Part shown: positions 40,560 through 50,698 of the stretch, one piece after another
Numbering within the stretch: the stretch's first letter is position 1
Layout: every line of letters starts with the position of its first letter
Assembly: GCA_963803435.1 (NCBI GenBank)
Contig: CAWDML010000001.1
Coordinates: forward strand, 2,464,001 to 2,528,000
Direction: 5' to 3'
DNA length: 64,000 nucleotides
DNA from: an uncultured delta proteobacterium
Lineage (GTDB): Bacteria; Myxococcota; Kuafuiibacteriia; Kuafuiibacteriales; Kuafuiibacteriaceae
Program-made: the position numbers and the translations under genes
The notes under the pieces: generated by a model
The model's database searches: none
The model's input: the letters and a program-made list of their open reading frames with translations, nothing else
What the model was told of the DNA's origin: nothing

Positions 40560-41708
40560 TCATCGCAGCCGATCCTCGACCAGGCCGAGAAACATCCGGA
40601 TCCCGAGGGGGATCAGGTCGTCGTCGAAGTCGAAGTCGGGGTGGTGGCAGCCGGGCGTGTCCTCGTCCGGCTTCTTCGCGCCCAGGAAGAAGTATGCGCC
40701 CGGGATCACATTCGCGAAGTAGGCGAAGTCTTCGCCGCCGGCGATCGGGAGGCCGGCGCTCGACACGTGCCGAGCCTCGACGGCGCCGACGCGCGCGACC
40801 GCCGCGGCGCACTCGGCGTCGTTGGTCAGCACCGGGTAGCCTTCGATCAGCTCGAGCGTCGCGCGCGTGCCCGCGGCGAGCATGGTGCCTTCGACGATCT
40901 CCTTGAAGCGCCGGACGATGCGCTCGGTGACGGCGGGGTCGAAGGTCCGGATGGTGCCGGCGAGCTGCGCGGCCTTCGGGATGACGTTGTGCGTGTTGCC
41001 GGCCGTGAACTTGCAAACGCTGACCACCGCGCCGCCCTCGTAGCCCAGCTCCCGCGACACCAGCGTCTGCAGCGCGTTGACCAGCTGCGCGCCGGCCACG
41101 ATCGGATCGCGGCACTTTTGGGGCTGGCTCCCGTGCCCGCCGGTGCCTTCGATGTCGAGGTAGAGCTCGTGCACCTGCGCCATCACCGTCCCGGACGTGA
41201 CGTGGACCGAGCCCTTGTCGAACCAGGGCCAGTTGTGGAGGCCGTAGATCTCCTTCACCCCGTCGAGCACGCCCTCCGCCACCATGACGCGCGCCCCGCC
41301 GCCCTCGACGCCCTCCTCCGCCGGCTGGAAGATCAGCCGAACGTTGCCGGCGACGCAATCCCGCATGCGGGCCAGCGCGTCGGCGGCGCCGAGGAGGATC
41401 GCGGTGTGCCCGTCGTGGCCGCACTTGTGGGCGCGGCCCGGGTGGATGGATCGGTATGGGACGTCGGTCTTCTCGTCGATGGGCAGGCAGTCGAGGTCGG
41501 CGCGAAGGGCGAGGGTGGGGCTCCGCCCGGGCCGGAGATCCGCGTACAGCCCGGTCCGGGCCGAGTCGACCGGTCGATAGCCGCGCGCGGTGAGGAAGTC
41601 GCGCACGAGCTTCTGGGTCCGGACCTCCTCGAAGCCGAGCTCGGGGTGCCGGTGAAGGTCGTGCCGGATTCGGACGAGCTCCGAGAGGTTCGCGAACGGT
41701 TCGATCAT
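40560..41708 (-). CDS. M20D amidohydrolase
   Basis: HRHPELGFEE, LRADLD, HKCGHDGH, FQPAEEG, GEDF. Confidence 0.92.
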   Translation of the reverse strand: MIEPFANLSELVRIRHDLHRHPELGFEEVRTQKLVRDFLTARGYRPVDSARTGLYADLRPGRSPTLALRADLDCLPIDEKTDVPYRSIHPGRAHKCGHDGHTAILLGAADALARMRDCVAGNVRLIFQPAEEGVEGGGARVMVAEGVLDGVKEIYGLHNWPWFDKGSVHVTSGTVMAQVHELYLDIEGTGGHGSQPQKCRDPIVAGAQLVNALQTLVSRELGYEGGAVVSVCKFTAGNTHNVIPKAAQLAGTIRTFDPAVTERIVRRFKEIVEGTMLAAGTRATLELIEGYPVLTNDAECAAAVARVGAVEARHVSSAGLPIAGGEDFAYFANVIPGAYFFLGAKKPDEDTPGCHHPDFDFDDDLIPLGIRMFLGLVEDRLR

Positions 41709-41776
41709 CGAGCGATCAGAACCACAGGCAGGCGACCAGTGTCGACGAACTCGACCACGAATGTTAGGGGACCCGC

Positions 41777-42697
41777 ATGGTCAACGCCCTCGAGAAGGAG
41801 TCGGCCCTCGCCGAGGGCCCCTGGCGCTCCCTGCTCGAGATCCTCATCCCCTGCCCGAAGTGCGGCGGAGCGCTCACGATGGCCCCCGTCCCCAGCTGCG
41901 CCTGCGGCTTCTCCGGCCGGGCGCCTGACGGGATCCCGGACTTCGTCGACGAGCGGGCGCTGACCGAGCGCCACCTGGAGGAGATCGCGGCCCAGACCGC
42001 CGCCGTCGACGACTACTACGAGAACGAGCGCAAGCTGTGTTGCCATTGGGACCGCATCTCGGCGTTCGACATCCCGGAGATGCTCGGCCGTCCCTCGGGG
42101 CTCGCGCTCGATCTCGGCTGCGGCACGGGCACCGCGGGCGGCGGCCTCAAGCGGAGCGGGATGCGCGTGGTCGGCGCCGATCTTTCGCAACCCTGCCTGC
42201 GGGCGGCCCGGCGCCGTCTCGACGCCGTGGTGCGGGCCGACGCCGTCGAGCTGCCCTTCGCCGACGAGTCGTTCGACGCGATCGTCTCCCGCGGCGCGCT
42301 CCACCACCTCTCCGATCCCACCGCCGCCCTGGCCGAGGCGCACCGCGTCCTCAAGAGGAACGGGCGCGTCGTGTTCATGGATCCGCGGGAGTGGTTCTGG
42401 CTCGAGCCCGTCAAGCGCATCCTTCGCAAGGAAGACCACGCCTTCACCGACGACCACCACGCCTACCGGCCCGAGGAATACGTCCAACTGATCCGACACG
42501 CGTTCTCGGTGGAGCGCTCCTACACAGTGCATCCTTTCGGCATCCTGGTGGCCAACGGCGTCGATCTTCTCCCCATGCCGAGCGGCCTCCCGTACCGCGC
42601 CCTGGCGAGAGGGCTCTATCGGCTCGACCGCGCGCTCAACCGAACGCCGCTCCGTAGGGTGGGCCACCTTCTGGTGGTGGTGGCGAGGAAAGAGTAA
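41777..42697 (+). CDS. Class I SAM methyltransferase with N-terminal Cys cluster
   Basis: CPKC...CAC, LDLGCGTG, LPFADESFD, LHHL. Confidence 0.88.
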   Translation: MVNALEKESALAEGPWRSLLEILIPCPKCGGALTMAPVPSCACGFSGRAPDGIPDFVDERALTERHLEEIAAQTAAVDDYYENERKLCCHWDRISAFDIPEMLGRPSGLALDLGCGTGTAGGGLKRSGMRVVGADLSQPCLRAARRRLDAVVRADAVELPFADESFDAIVSRGALHHLSDPTAALAEAHRVLKRNGRVVFMDPREWFWLEPVKRILRKEDHAFTDDHHAYRPEEYVQLIRHAFSVERSYTVHPFGILVANGVDLLPMPSGLPYRALARGLYRLDRALNRTPLRRVGHLLVVVARKE

Positions 42698-42713
42698 GTT
42701 TGAAGACCTTCCC

Positions 42714-43625
42714 ATGAGCGCGCGCTACGAAGAGGAGGAGACCACCGAAGAGTGCGTCGTCCCTCCCGCACCCTTGCCCGGACGTGACGACGCTTCTGTG
42801 CTGGTGCTGAGCGGTCCGCTCTCGGGACAGTTCTACAAGGTCCCGCGCCTGGGCGGCGTCATCGGCCGCGATCCCGAGGTCGAGATCCGGCTCCCCGATC
42901 CCGGCATCTCCCGTCGTCACGCCGAGATCTCCCGGAACGACGAGGGCCACTACGTGCTCCGCGATCTGGAGAGCCGCTACGGCGTCTACGTGGAGGGCGA
43001 GAGGATCACCGAGAAGCGCGTCCTCGACGGCGACCGCATCCAGCTCTCCGGAGAGACCGTGCTGCGCCTCCGCTACCAGGATCCCAAGGAGACCGAGATC
43101 ATCGAGAAGATCCAGGAGGCGGTCACGCGCGACGCGCTCACCAGCGTCTCCAACCGTCGCTACTTCATGGAGCGGCTCGAGCAGGAGTTCGCGTACGCGC
43201 GGCGACACCGATCGAGGCTCGGCGTCATGATGCTCGACGTCGACTACTTCAAGCGGGTCAACGACGAGCACGGCCACGCCGTCGGTGACGAGGTCCTCCG
43301 CACCGTGGGGCGTACGCTGCACGACGCCGTCCGCACCGAGGATCTGGTGGCGCGCTACGGCGGCGACGAGTTCATCGTCCTCTCCCGGGGCGCCGGCCGC
43401 GACGACACCGCGCGCTTCGCAGACCGCCTGGCCACCGCCCTGCGCGAGCGCACGATCCGCTGCAACGGCGAGGAGTTCCGGCTGACCCTCAGCATCGGCG
43501 TGGCCTGCTTCGAGAACAACGACCCGGTCACGATGATGGAGCTGATCGCGCGGGCCGACTCGGCCCTCTATACGGCCAAGCGCCAGGGACGGGATCGCGT
43601 CTCCACCTGGAGCAGCGAGCCCTGA
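42714..43625 (+). CDS. FHA-GGDEF diguanylate cyclase
   Basis: IGRD, ISRRHA (FHA); DVDYFKRVND, RTED I-site, RYGGDEF. Confidence 0.92.
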   Translation: MSARYEEEETTEECVVPPAPLPGRDDASVLVLSGPLSGQFYKVPRLGGVIGRDPEVEIRLPDPGISRRHAEISRNDEGHYVLRDLESRYGVYVEGERITEKRVLDGDRIQLSGETVLRLRYQDPKETEIIEKIQEAVTRDALTSVSNRRYFMERLEQEFAYARRHRSRLGVMMLDVDYFKRVNDEHGHAVGDEVLRTVGRTLHDAVRTEDLVARYGGDEFIVLSRGAGRDDTARFADRLATALRERTIRCNGEEFRLTLSIGVACFENNDPVTMMELIARADSALYTAKRQGRDRVSTWSSEP

Positions 43626-43688
43626 TCTCCCCGTTTCGCGTCGTCCGGATATAGAATCGACCCTGGCTTGTTCTCCTTGTCGTTCAAC

Positions 43689-44543
43689 ATGCATCTCCTG
43701 CAGGTCCTCGTGTTCGTCCTCGGCGCCGCCATCGGCTCCTTCCTGAACGTCGTGATCGCGAGGCTCCCCGAGGGGATGAGCATCGTGCGCCCGCCGTCCC
43801 ACTGCCCGAAGTGCAAGACCCCGATCAAGCCTTGGAACAACCTCCCTCTCCTCAGCTGGCTCCTCCTCCGCGGCAAGTGCGCCAGCTGCAAGGCGCCCAT
43901 CAGCGTCCGGTACTTCGTGGTCGAGCTGATCACGGGGCTGTTGTTCCTCGCGTGCCTGCAGCGCTTCGGGTACACGCCCGCCCTGGCGCCGGCGCTGATC
44001 TTCTCGGCGAGCCTGGTCGCGGTCACCTTCATCGACATCGACACGTTCGAGATCGCCGACGAGATCTCGCTCCCGGGCATCGTGCTCGGCTGCGTGCTCC
44101 GCCCGCTCTGCTTCGGCAAGCCGTGGTTCTCCGGGATCGTGGGCGCACTCCTGGGCGCGTCGTTCCTCGCCTTCATCCGCTGGGCGCACATGCTGGTGCG
44201 CAAGCGGGAGGGCATGGGCCTCGGCGACGTGAAGCTGATCGCGATGATCGGCGCGTTCCTCGGTCCCGGCGGGCTCCTCCCCTCGATCCTGGTCGCGTCC
44301 TTCGCCGGCAGCCTCATCGGCGGCGCGGTGGTGCTCGGCCGCAAGCTCCGCGGTGAGGACGTGACCCCCGAGCCCGAGCCCGAGGCGACGGAGGACGAGG
44401 ACGAGGACGACGACGACTGGGAGCCCTCCTGGGACGCGGTCCCGTTCGGCCCGTTCCTCGCGCTCGGCGCGCTGGCCGCGCTCCTCTTCCAGCCCGCCTT
44501 CGAGCGGCTCCTGATGGGCCTCCACACGCTCTATCGGTTCTGA
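43689..44543 (+). CDS. pilD: Prepilin peptidase/methylase
   Basis: GSFLNVVIARLP, CPKC/CASC, FIDID, GMGLGDVKL, PFGPFL. Confidence 0.95.
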   Translation: MHLLQVLVFVLGAAIGSFLNVVIARLPEGMSIVRPPSHCPKCKTPIKPWNNLPLLSWLLLRGKCASCKAPISVRYFVVELITGLLFLACLQRFGYTPALAPALIFSASLVAVTFIDIDTFEIADEISLPGIVLGCVLRPLCFGKPWFSGIVGALLGASFLAFIRWAHMLVRKREGMGLGDVKLIAMIGAFLGPGGLLPSILVASFAGSLIGGAVVLGRKLRGEDVTPEPEPEATEDEDEDDDDWEPSWDAVPFGPFLALGALAALLFQPAFERLLMGLHTLYRF

Positions 44544-44545
44544 GG

Positions 44546-45925
44546 ATGAGCAAGGTCAGCATCCGCCAGCCCGTCGTCCTCTACGCCATGATCTTCATGC
44601 TGATCGTCGCGTTCTCGGTGGTGACGCTGGCGAGCGTGGCGATGGTCAGCGCAGCGCGGCGCGCGTACCGGCGGGCCGCCCTGCTCGAGCTGCGAGCGCT
44701 CGCCGGGATGGCGCCGGCGGACGAGCTGGCCCGCGTGATCGTGGCGCGGCCCCAGGACGTGGAGCTCGAGGTCGGCATCGTCACCAAGAGCACGCCCGCG
44801 CTCGGCCTCGACATCGACGAGGCCCGCCGCGCGGCGATCCGTCCCCGGCTGAGGAGCGCGATCGTCGCGGTGCCGCTCCATGCGGCCTCCGAGGAGTCGT
44901 ACCTGGTGGGGAGGTTCAACGGCTCGGTGCCCTCTTCGATCGCCTTCGTCGAGATCACGCGCATGGTGCCGATCGTGCTGATCGGCGCGCTCGCCTGCGC
45001 CGCGCTGCTGGCCTTCATGATCGGGCGGCTGGTGCTCCCGCCGCTGAACGCGCTGTCCGAGATCGCGCAGGACATCCGGGCAGAGTCGAGCGGGACGCTC
45101 GAGCCGTCGGATGCGCCGAACGAGATCGTGGAGGTGGCGCGCCAGTTCCGGCGGACGATCGGGCTGCTCAACCAGGAGCGAAACCTGATCGAGGCCCAGA
45201 AGGACGAGCTGACGCGCATGCAGGCCAGCCTGGTGCGCGCCTCCAAGCTGGCCAGCGTCGGCCGCCTCGCGGCCGGGATCGCCCACGAGATCGGCAACCC
45301 GCTGGCGGCGGTGCAGGGCTACCTGTCGCTGATGAAGAGCGGCCTCGACGAGGCCGAGGAGGCCGAGGTGCTCGACCGGAGCCACAAGGAGCTCGGGCGC
45401 ATCCACGAGACGATCAAGAAGCTGCTCATGTACGCGCGCCACGGCGACGAGCAGGACGCCGCACCTGCGCCGCTGTCCCTGGGGAACGTGGTCGCCGAGG
45501 CGCTGGCCCTGGTGAAGGGGCACCCGTCGATCCGAAGCGTCGAGATCGACAACCGGGTCCGCGCGGGCGACGCGGCCGACGCCGTGGGCCACCCGGGCAA
45601 GCTCAACCAGGTGTTGATCAACCTGCTCCTCAACGCGGGGCAGGCGATGGCCGAGTCTGAGCCCCGCCGCATCATCCTGGAGACGTCCGAGGACCAGGAG
45701 CGGATCACGCTCTCGATCCGGGACACCGGCCCCGGGATCCCCGAGGCCAAGCGGGAGCAGATCTTCGATCCCTTCTACACCACCAAGTCACCCGGCGAGG
45801 GGACGGGGCTCGGCCTCGCGATCTCTCGAGCCTTGATGGAGTCGATGGAAGGGGATCTGGAGGTGGTCGATTCCGAGGCGGGCGCCGCGTTCGCGGTGAG
45901 GATGAGGCGACCCGGGAACATCTGA
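44546..45925 (+). CDS. pilS2: Sensor histidine kinase (PilS2-like)
   Basis: AHEIGNPL, NLLLNA, DTGPG, GTGLGL; lies between pilD and pilM as in Myxococcus. Confidence 0.8.
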   Translation: MSKVSIRQPVVLYAMIFMLIVAFSVVTLASVAMVSAARRAYRRAALLELRALAGMAPADELARVIVARPQDVELEVGIVTKSTPALGLDIDEARRAAIRPRLRSAIVAVPLHAASEESYLVGRFNGSVPSSIAFVEITRMVPIVLIGALACAALLAFMIGRLVLPPLNALSEIAQDIRAESSGTLEPSDAPNEIVEVARQFRRTIGLLNQERNLIEAQKDELTRMQASLVRASKLASVGRLAAGIAHEIGNPLAAVQGYLSLMKSGLDEAEEAEVLDRSHKELGRIHETIKKLLMYARHGDEQDAAPAPLSLGNVVAEALALVKGHPSIRSVEIDNRVRAGDAADAVGHPGKLNQVLINLLLNAGQAMAESEPRRIILETSEDQERITLSIRDTGPGIPEAKREQIFDPFYTTKSPGEGTGLGLAISRALMESMEGDLEVVDSEAGAAFAVRMRRPGNI

Positions 45926-45939
45926 TAGAGTCCCCGCCG

Positions 45940-47346
<1,407 letters not shown>

Positions 47347-47423
47347 AGATGAGTGGGCCTCAATACCACATCGAAGATGTATCAAAGACATATAATTATG
47401 CTTCATTTTGTACGGTCGAAAGC

Positions 47424-47452
47424 TTGACGGTGAGTCTTGCCTCGCCGATCAT
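47424..47452 (+). promoter_or_regulatory. Candidate sigma-70 promoter with AT-rich upstream tract
   Basis: TTGACG-N17-GATCAT after the AT-rich 47360-47410 stretch, upstream of the HTH gene and pilM. Confidence 0.4.
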
Positions 47453-47483
47453 CGGCCTCTCTCGTCCGGGAAGAGGCCCCGCG

Positions 47484-47765
47484 TTGAACAAGCGTCGTCA
47501 GAGCATTCCAAACAACGTGCGCGCCCTTCGAGAAGAGATCCTGATGTCGAAGGCGGAGCTCGCGCGGAAGGCGGGCGTCTCGGCCCTGACCGTGGACCGG
47601 ATCGAGAACGGCAACGACTGCCGGTTGGACACGAAGCGAAAGATCATCCTCGCGCTCGGCAAGGAGCTCGAGCAAAAGGCCGAGGTCTTCCCGGACCTCG
47701 CCGATCCCAAGCCGGTCGGCGACGCCAAGAAGGCCACGGATCTCGGGGATCAGGAAGAAGGATAG
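47484..47765 (+). CDS. Small XRE-family HTH regulator upstream of pilM
   Basis: NNVRALREEILMSKAELARKAGVSALTVDRIENG; start uncertain. Confidence 0.8.
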   Translation: MNKRRQSIPNNVRALREEILMSKAELARKAGVSALTVDRIENGNDCRLDTKRKIILALGKELEQKAEVFPDLADPKPVGDAKKATDLGDQEEG

Positions 47766-47769
47766 CGCC

Positions 47770-48839
47770 ATGGCAAAGGGCAAGTTGGCTGTCGGGCTGG
47801 ACATCGGCTCCGGGTCGATCAAGCTCTGTCAGCTGAAGCCCGCGAAGCGCGGCAACTATCAGCTGGGGGCGTTCGGGATGATCGCAGCTCCCGCCCGAGG
47901 CGATCGTGGACGGCGCGCTCATGAACTCGACGGCGGTGGTCGACGGCGATCCAGGAGCTGTTCGCCTCCCAGAAGATCAAGCACAAGGAGGTCGCGACCT
48001 CGGTGTCGGGTCACTCGGTGATCATCAAGAAGATCAACCTCCCGCAGATGACCGCCGGAGGAGCTGGAGGAGTCGATCCAGTGGGAGGCGGAGCAGTACA
48101 TCCCCTTCGACATCAACGACGTGAACATCGACGTCCAGATCCTCAACACCGAGTCGACGCAGGCCGGCCAGATGGACGTGCTCCTGGTCGCGGCCAAGAA
48201 GGACATGGTGAACGACTACACCGAGGTGATCGAGCTCGGCAGGGCTCATCCCGGTGGTGGTCGACATCGACGCGTTCGCGGTCCAGAACCAGTTCGAGAT
48301 CAACTACGAGGTTCCGCGGTCCGAGACCGTGGTGCTGGTCAACATCGGCGCGTCGGTCACGAACATCAACGTCCTCGCCAACGGCGTCTCCACGTTCACC
48401 CGCGACATCTCCATCGGCGGCGGTCAGTTCACGGATGCGATCCAAAAGGCGCTTCAACGTGAGCTATGACGAGGCCGAAGCCCTCAAGCTGGGCGGCGGG
48501 AGCTCCGAGAGCGACGCGGTGGTGCCGCAGGAGGTGGAGCGCGTGCTCCAGACCGAGTCCGAATCCATCGCCAACGAGATCCAGCGATCCCTGGACTTCT
48601 ACGCGGCCACCTCGGCCGACGCCCACATCGCCCGAATCTTCGTCAGCGGCGGATCCGGCAAGATCCCGGCGCTCATCAAGACGATCGAGAACCGCACCGG
48701 GGTCCCCGTGGAGCTGATGAACCCCTTCCGGAACGTCGACGTCGGGTCGGGCCGGTTCGACGCCGCGTACCTCGACAGCATCTCACCCCTGGCGGCAGTT
48801 GCGGTCGGGCTCGCCCTCCGCTATCCGGCGGACAAGTAG
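47770..48839 (+). CDS. pilM: Type IV pilus assembly protein PilM, five +1 frameshifts
   Basis: VGLDIGSGSIK, SGHSVIIKKI, EAEQYIPFDI, LLVAAKK, EIQRSLDFY, AVGLALR spread over alternating frames. Confidence 0.88.
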
Positions 48840-48849
48840 GAGAAGCGCA

Positions 48850-49398
48850 ATGATTCGGATCAACCTCCTTCCGATCCAGGCGACCCGGCGCCGCCAGACG
48901 ATCCAGCACCAGATGCTGGGCGCGGCCGCGGCGGTGATCGTCACGATCGTCATCTGCATCGTCTGGACCGCGATCCGCTCGAGCGAGGGCGAGGAGAAGA
49001 AGGCGCAGATCACCGAGAAGCAGCAGGAGCTCGCCCAGCTCGACAAGATCATCGGCGAGGTCAACGAGTTCACGACCAAGAAGAAGGAGCTCGAGGAGAA
49101 GCTGGGGATCATCGAGACGCTGCGCAAGGGCAAGACCGGTCCGGTGCGCGCGCTCGACGATCTGGCCACCGAGATCCCGAACCGCGTGTGGCTCACCGAG
49201 ATGAAGGAGACCAGCGGCTCGGTCACGTTGGCCGGCGTCGCGATCGACCACGAGGATGTCTCGGCGTTCATGAAGTCGCTTCAGAAATCGAAGTACTTCA
49301 AGGGGATCGTCCTCGGCTTCTCGAAGCAGACCAAGGACAAATCGGGCGTCAATCTCTACGAGTTCAAGATCACCTGCGCGGTGAATTACTCGGCCTGA
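48850..49398 (+). CDS. pilN: Type IV pilus protein PilN
   Basis: MIRINLLP, TM, IPNRVWLT. Confidence 0.92.
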   Translation: MIRINLLPIQATRRRQTIQHQMLGAAAAVIVTIVICIVWTAIRSSEGEEKKAQITEKQQELAQLDKIIGEVNEFTTKKKELEEKLGIIETLRKGKTGPVRALDDLATEIPNRVWLTEMKETSGSVTLAGVAIDHEDVSAFMKSLQKSKYFKGIVLGFSKQTKDKSGVNLYEFKITCAVNYSA

Positions 49399-49410
49399 GG
49401 GGAGCGAGAT

Positions 49411-50040
49411 ATGGACGAGTTCATCGCGAGAATCTCCAAGATTCCAATTGCCCAGCGCCTCCTGATCTTGGTGCTGGTCCTGGTCATGCTGTTCGTCGTG
49501 AACTACCTAGTCTTCGTCAGCCCGATCAACGAGGAGATCCAGGCCTCCGAGGTGCGCATCAAGAACCTCGACGCCCAGCTGGTGCAGAAGCGGGCGATCG
49601 CGCGGAACCTCTCGCGCTATCGCATCGAGGTGGAGCGGCTGAAGCAGCGCCTCAACGAAGCGCTCACCCTCCTCCCGAACGACGCCGAGATCCCGGAGCT
49701 CCTCCAGAAGATCGCAGCGCTCGTCGAGCAGTCCGACTGTGAGATGACGACGTTCGAGCCGCAGGGCGAGGTGGTGTCGGGCTTCTACGCGCGCATCCCG
49801 GTCAAGATGGCGATCCACGGGAACTACCACTCGATCGCGGTCTTCTTCGACAAGGTGTCGAAGCTCGCGCGCATCGTGAATGTGAACAACATCGCCCTCA
49901 AGGAGCCGAAGATCACCAACCAGAAGGTCGTGCTCGACGCCGAGTTCACGGCCACCACCTTCAAGTTCGTGGAGAAGGCCGCCGAGACCGCGAAGTCGGC
50001 GGCCGGCGGGTTCAAGGCGCCGCCGGCGAAGGCACCGTAG
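49411..50040 (+). CDS. pilO: Type IV pilus protein PilO
   Basis: LPNDAEIPELL, FYARIPV, GNYH, LARIVNV. Confidence 0.92.
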   Translation: MDEFIARISKIPIAQRLLILVLVLVMLFVVNYLVFVSPINEEIQASEVRIKNLDAQLVQKRAIARNLSRYRIEVERLKQRLNEALTLLPNDAEIPELLQKIAALVEQSDCEMTTFEPQGEVVSGFYARIPVKMAIHGNYHSIAVFFDKVSKLARIVNVNNIALKEPKITNQKVVLDAEFTATTFKFVEKAAETAKSAAGGFKAPPAKAP

Positions 50041-50052
50041 GAGGGCAGAACG

Positions 50053-50646
50053 ATGATGAGTTGGTCGCGCACGTTCGTATGGGCCTCGCTCCTCGGGCTC
50101 GCTGCCTGCGGCGGGGACGCCAAGCCGGCGAATCAGACCCCGTCGAAGGCCGCCACCGGCCTCAACGTCCTGACGAAGGGCACGGTCGAGGGGACGCAGC
50201 CGCCGCCCGCGGGCGAGGAAACCCCGCCCCCGGCCCCGGCGGATACGGCCGACAAGCCCGCCGGTGAGGGCGAAGACGTCTCCGAGATCGCATATGCCTA
50301 CTCGCCCATCGGGAAGCGGGATCCGTTCCGCTCCCTGTTCGATCAGCTGCAGCGCGAGGAGCAGAACCAGCAGCTGACCGAGCTGCAGCACTTCGAGCTG
50401 GATCAGCTCAAGCTGGTCGCCATCGTCTCGCGCATCGCCACGCCGTACGCCATGGTCGAGGATCCTTCCGGTAAGGGCCACACGCTCACGCGCGGCACGC
50501 TCATCGGGAAGAACTGGGGCCGCGTCGCGCAGATCAAACCCGACTGTGTCGTGATCAAGGAAGAGTATCGCGACTACACCGGGCGCAAGGTCACCAACAC
50601 GACCCCGAAATGCTTGCCGAAGCCGGACGAGCTAAAAGTTGATTAA
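50053..50646 (+). CDS. pilP: Type IV pilus lipoprotein PilP
   Basis: Lipobox LAAC, GKRDPF, QLKLVAIV, GTLIGKNWG. Confidence 0.9.
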   Translation: MMSWSRTFVWASLLGLAACGGDAKPANQTPSKAATGLNVLTKGTVEGTQPPPAGEETPPPAPADTADKPAGEGEDVSEIAYAYSPIGKRDPFRSLFDQLQREEQNQQLTELQHFELDQLKLVAIVSRIATPYAMVEDPSGKGHTLTRGTLIGKNWGRVAQIKPDCVVIKEEYRDYTGRKVTNTTPKCLPKPDELKVD

Positions 50647-50698
50647 TCCGCAGGCCGTGCGAAAAGTGACACCGGAGATACGGAGAGGGACTGCCCAA

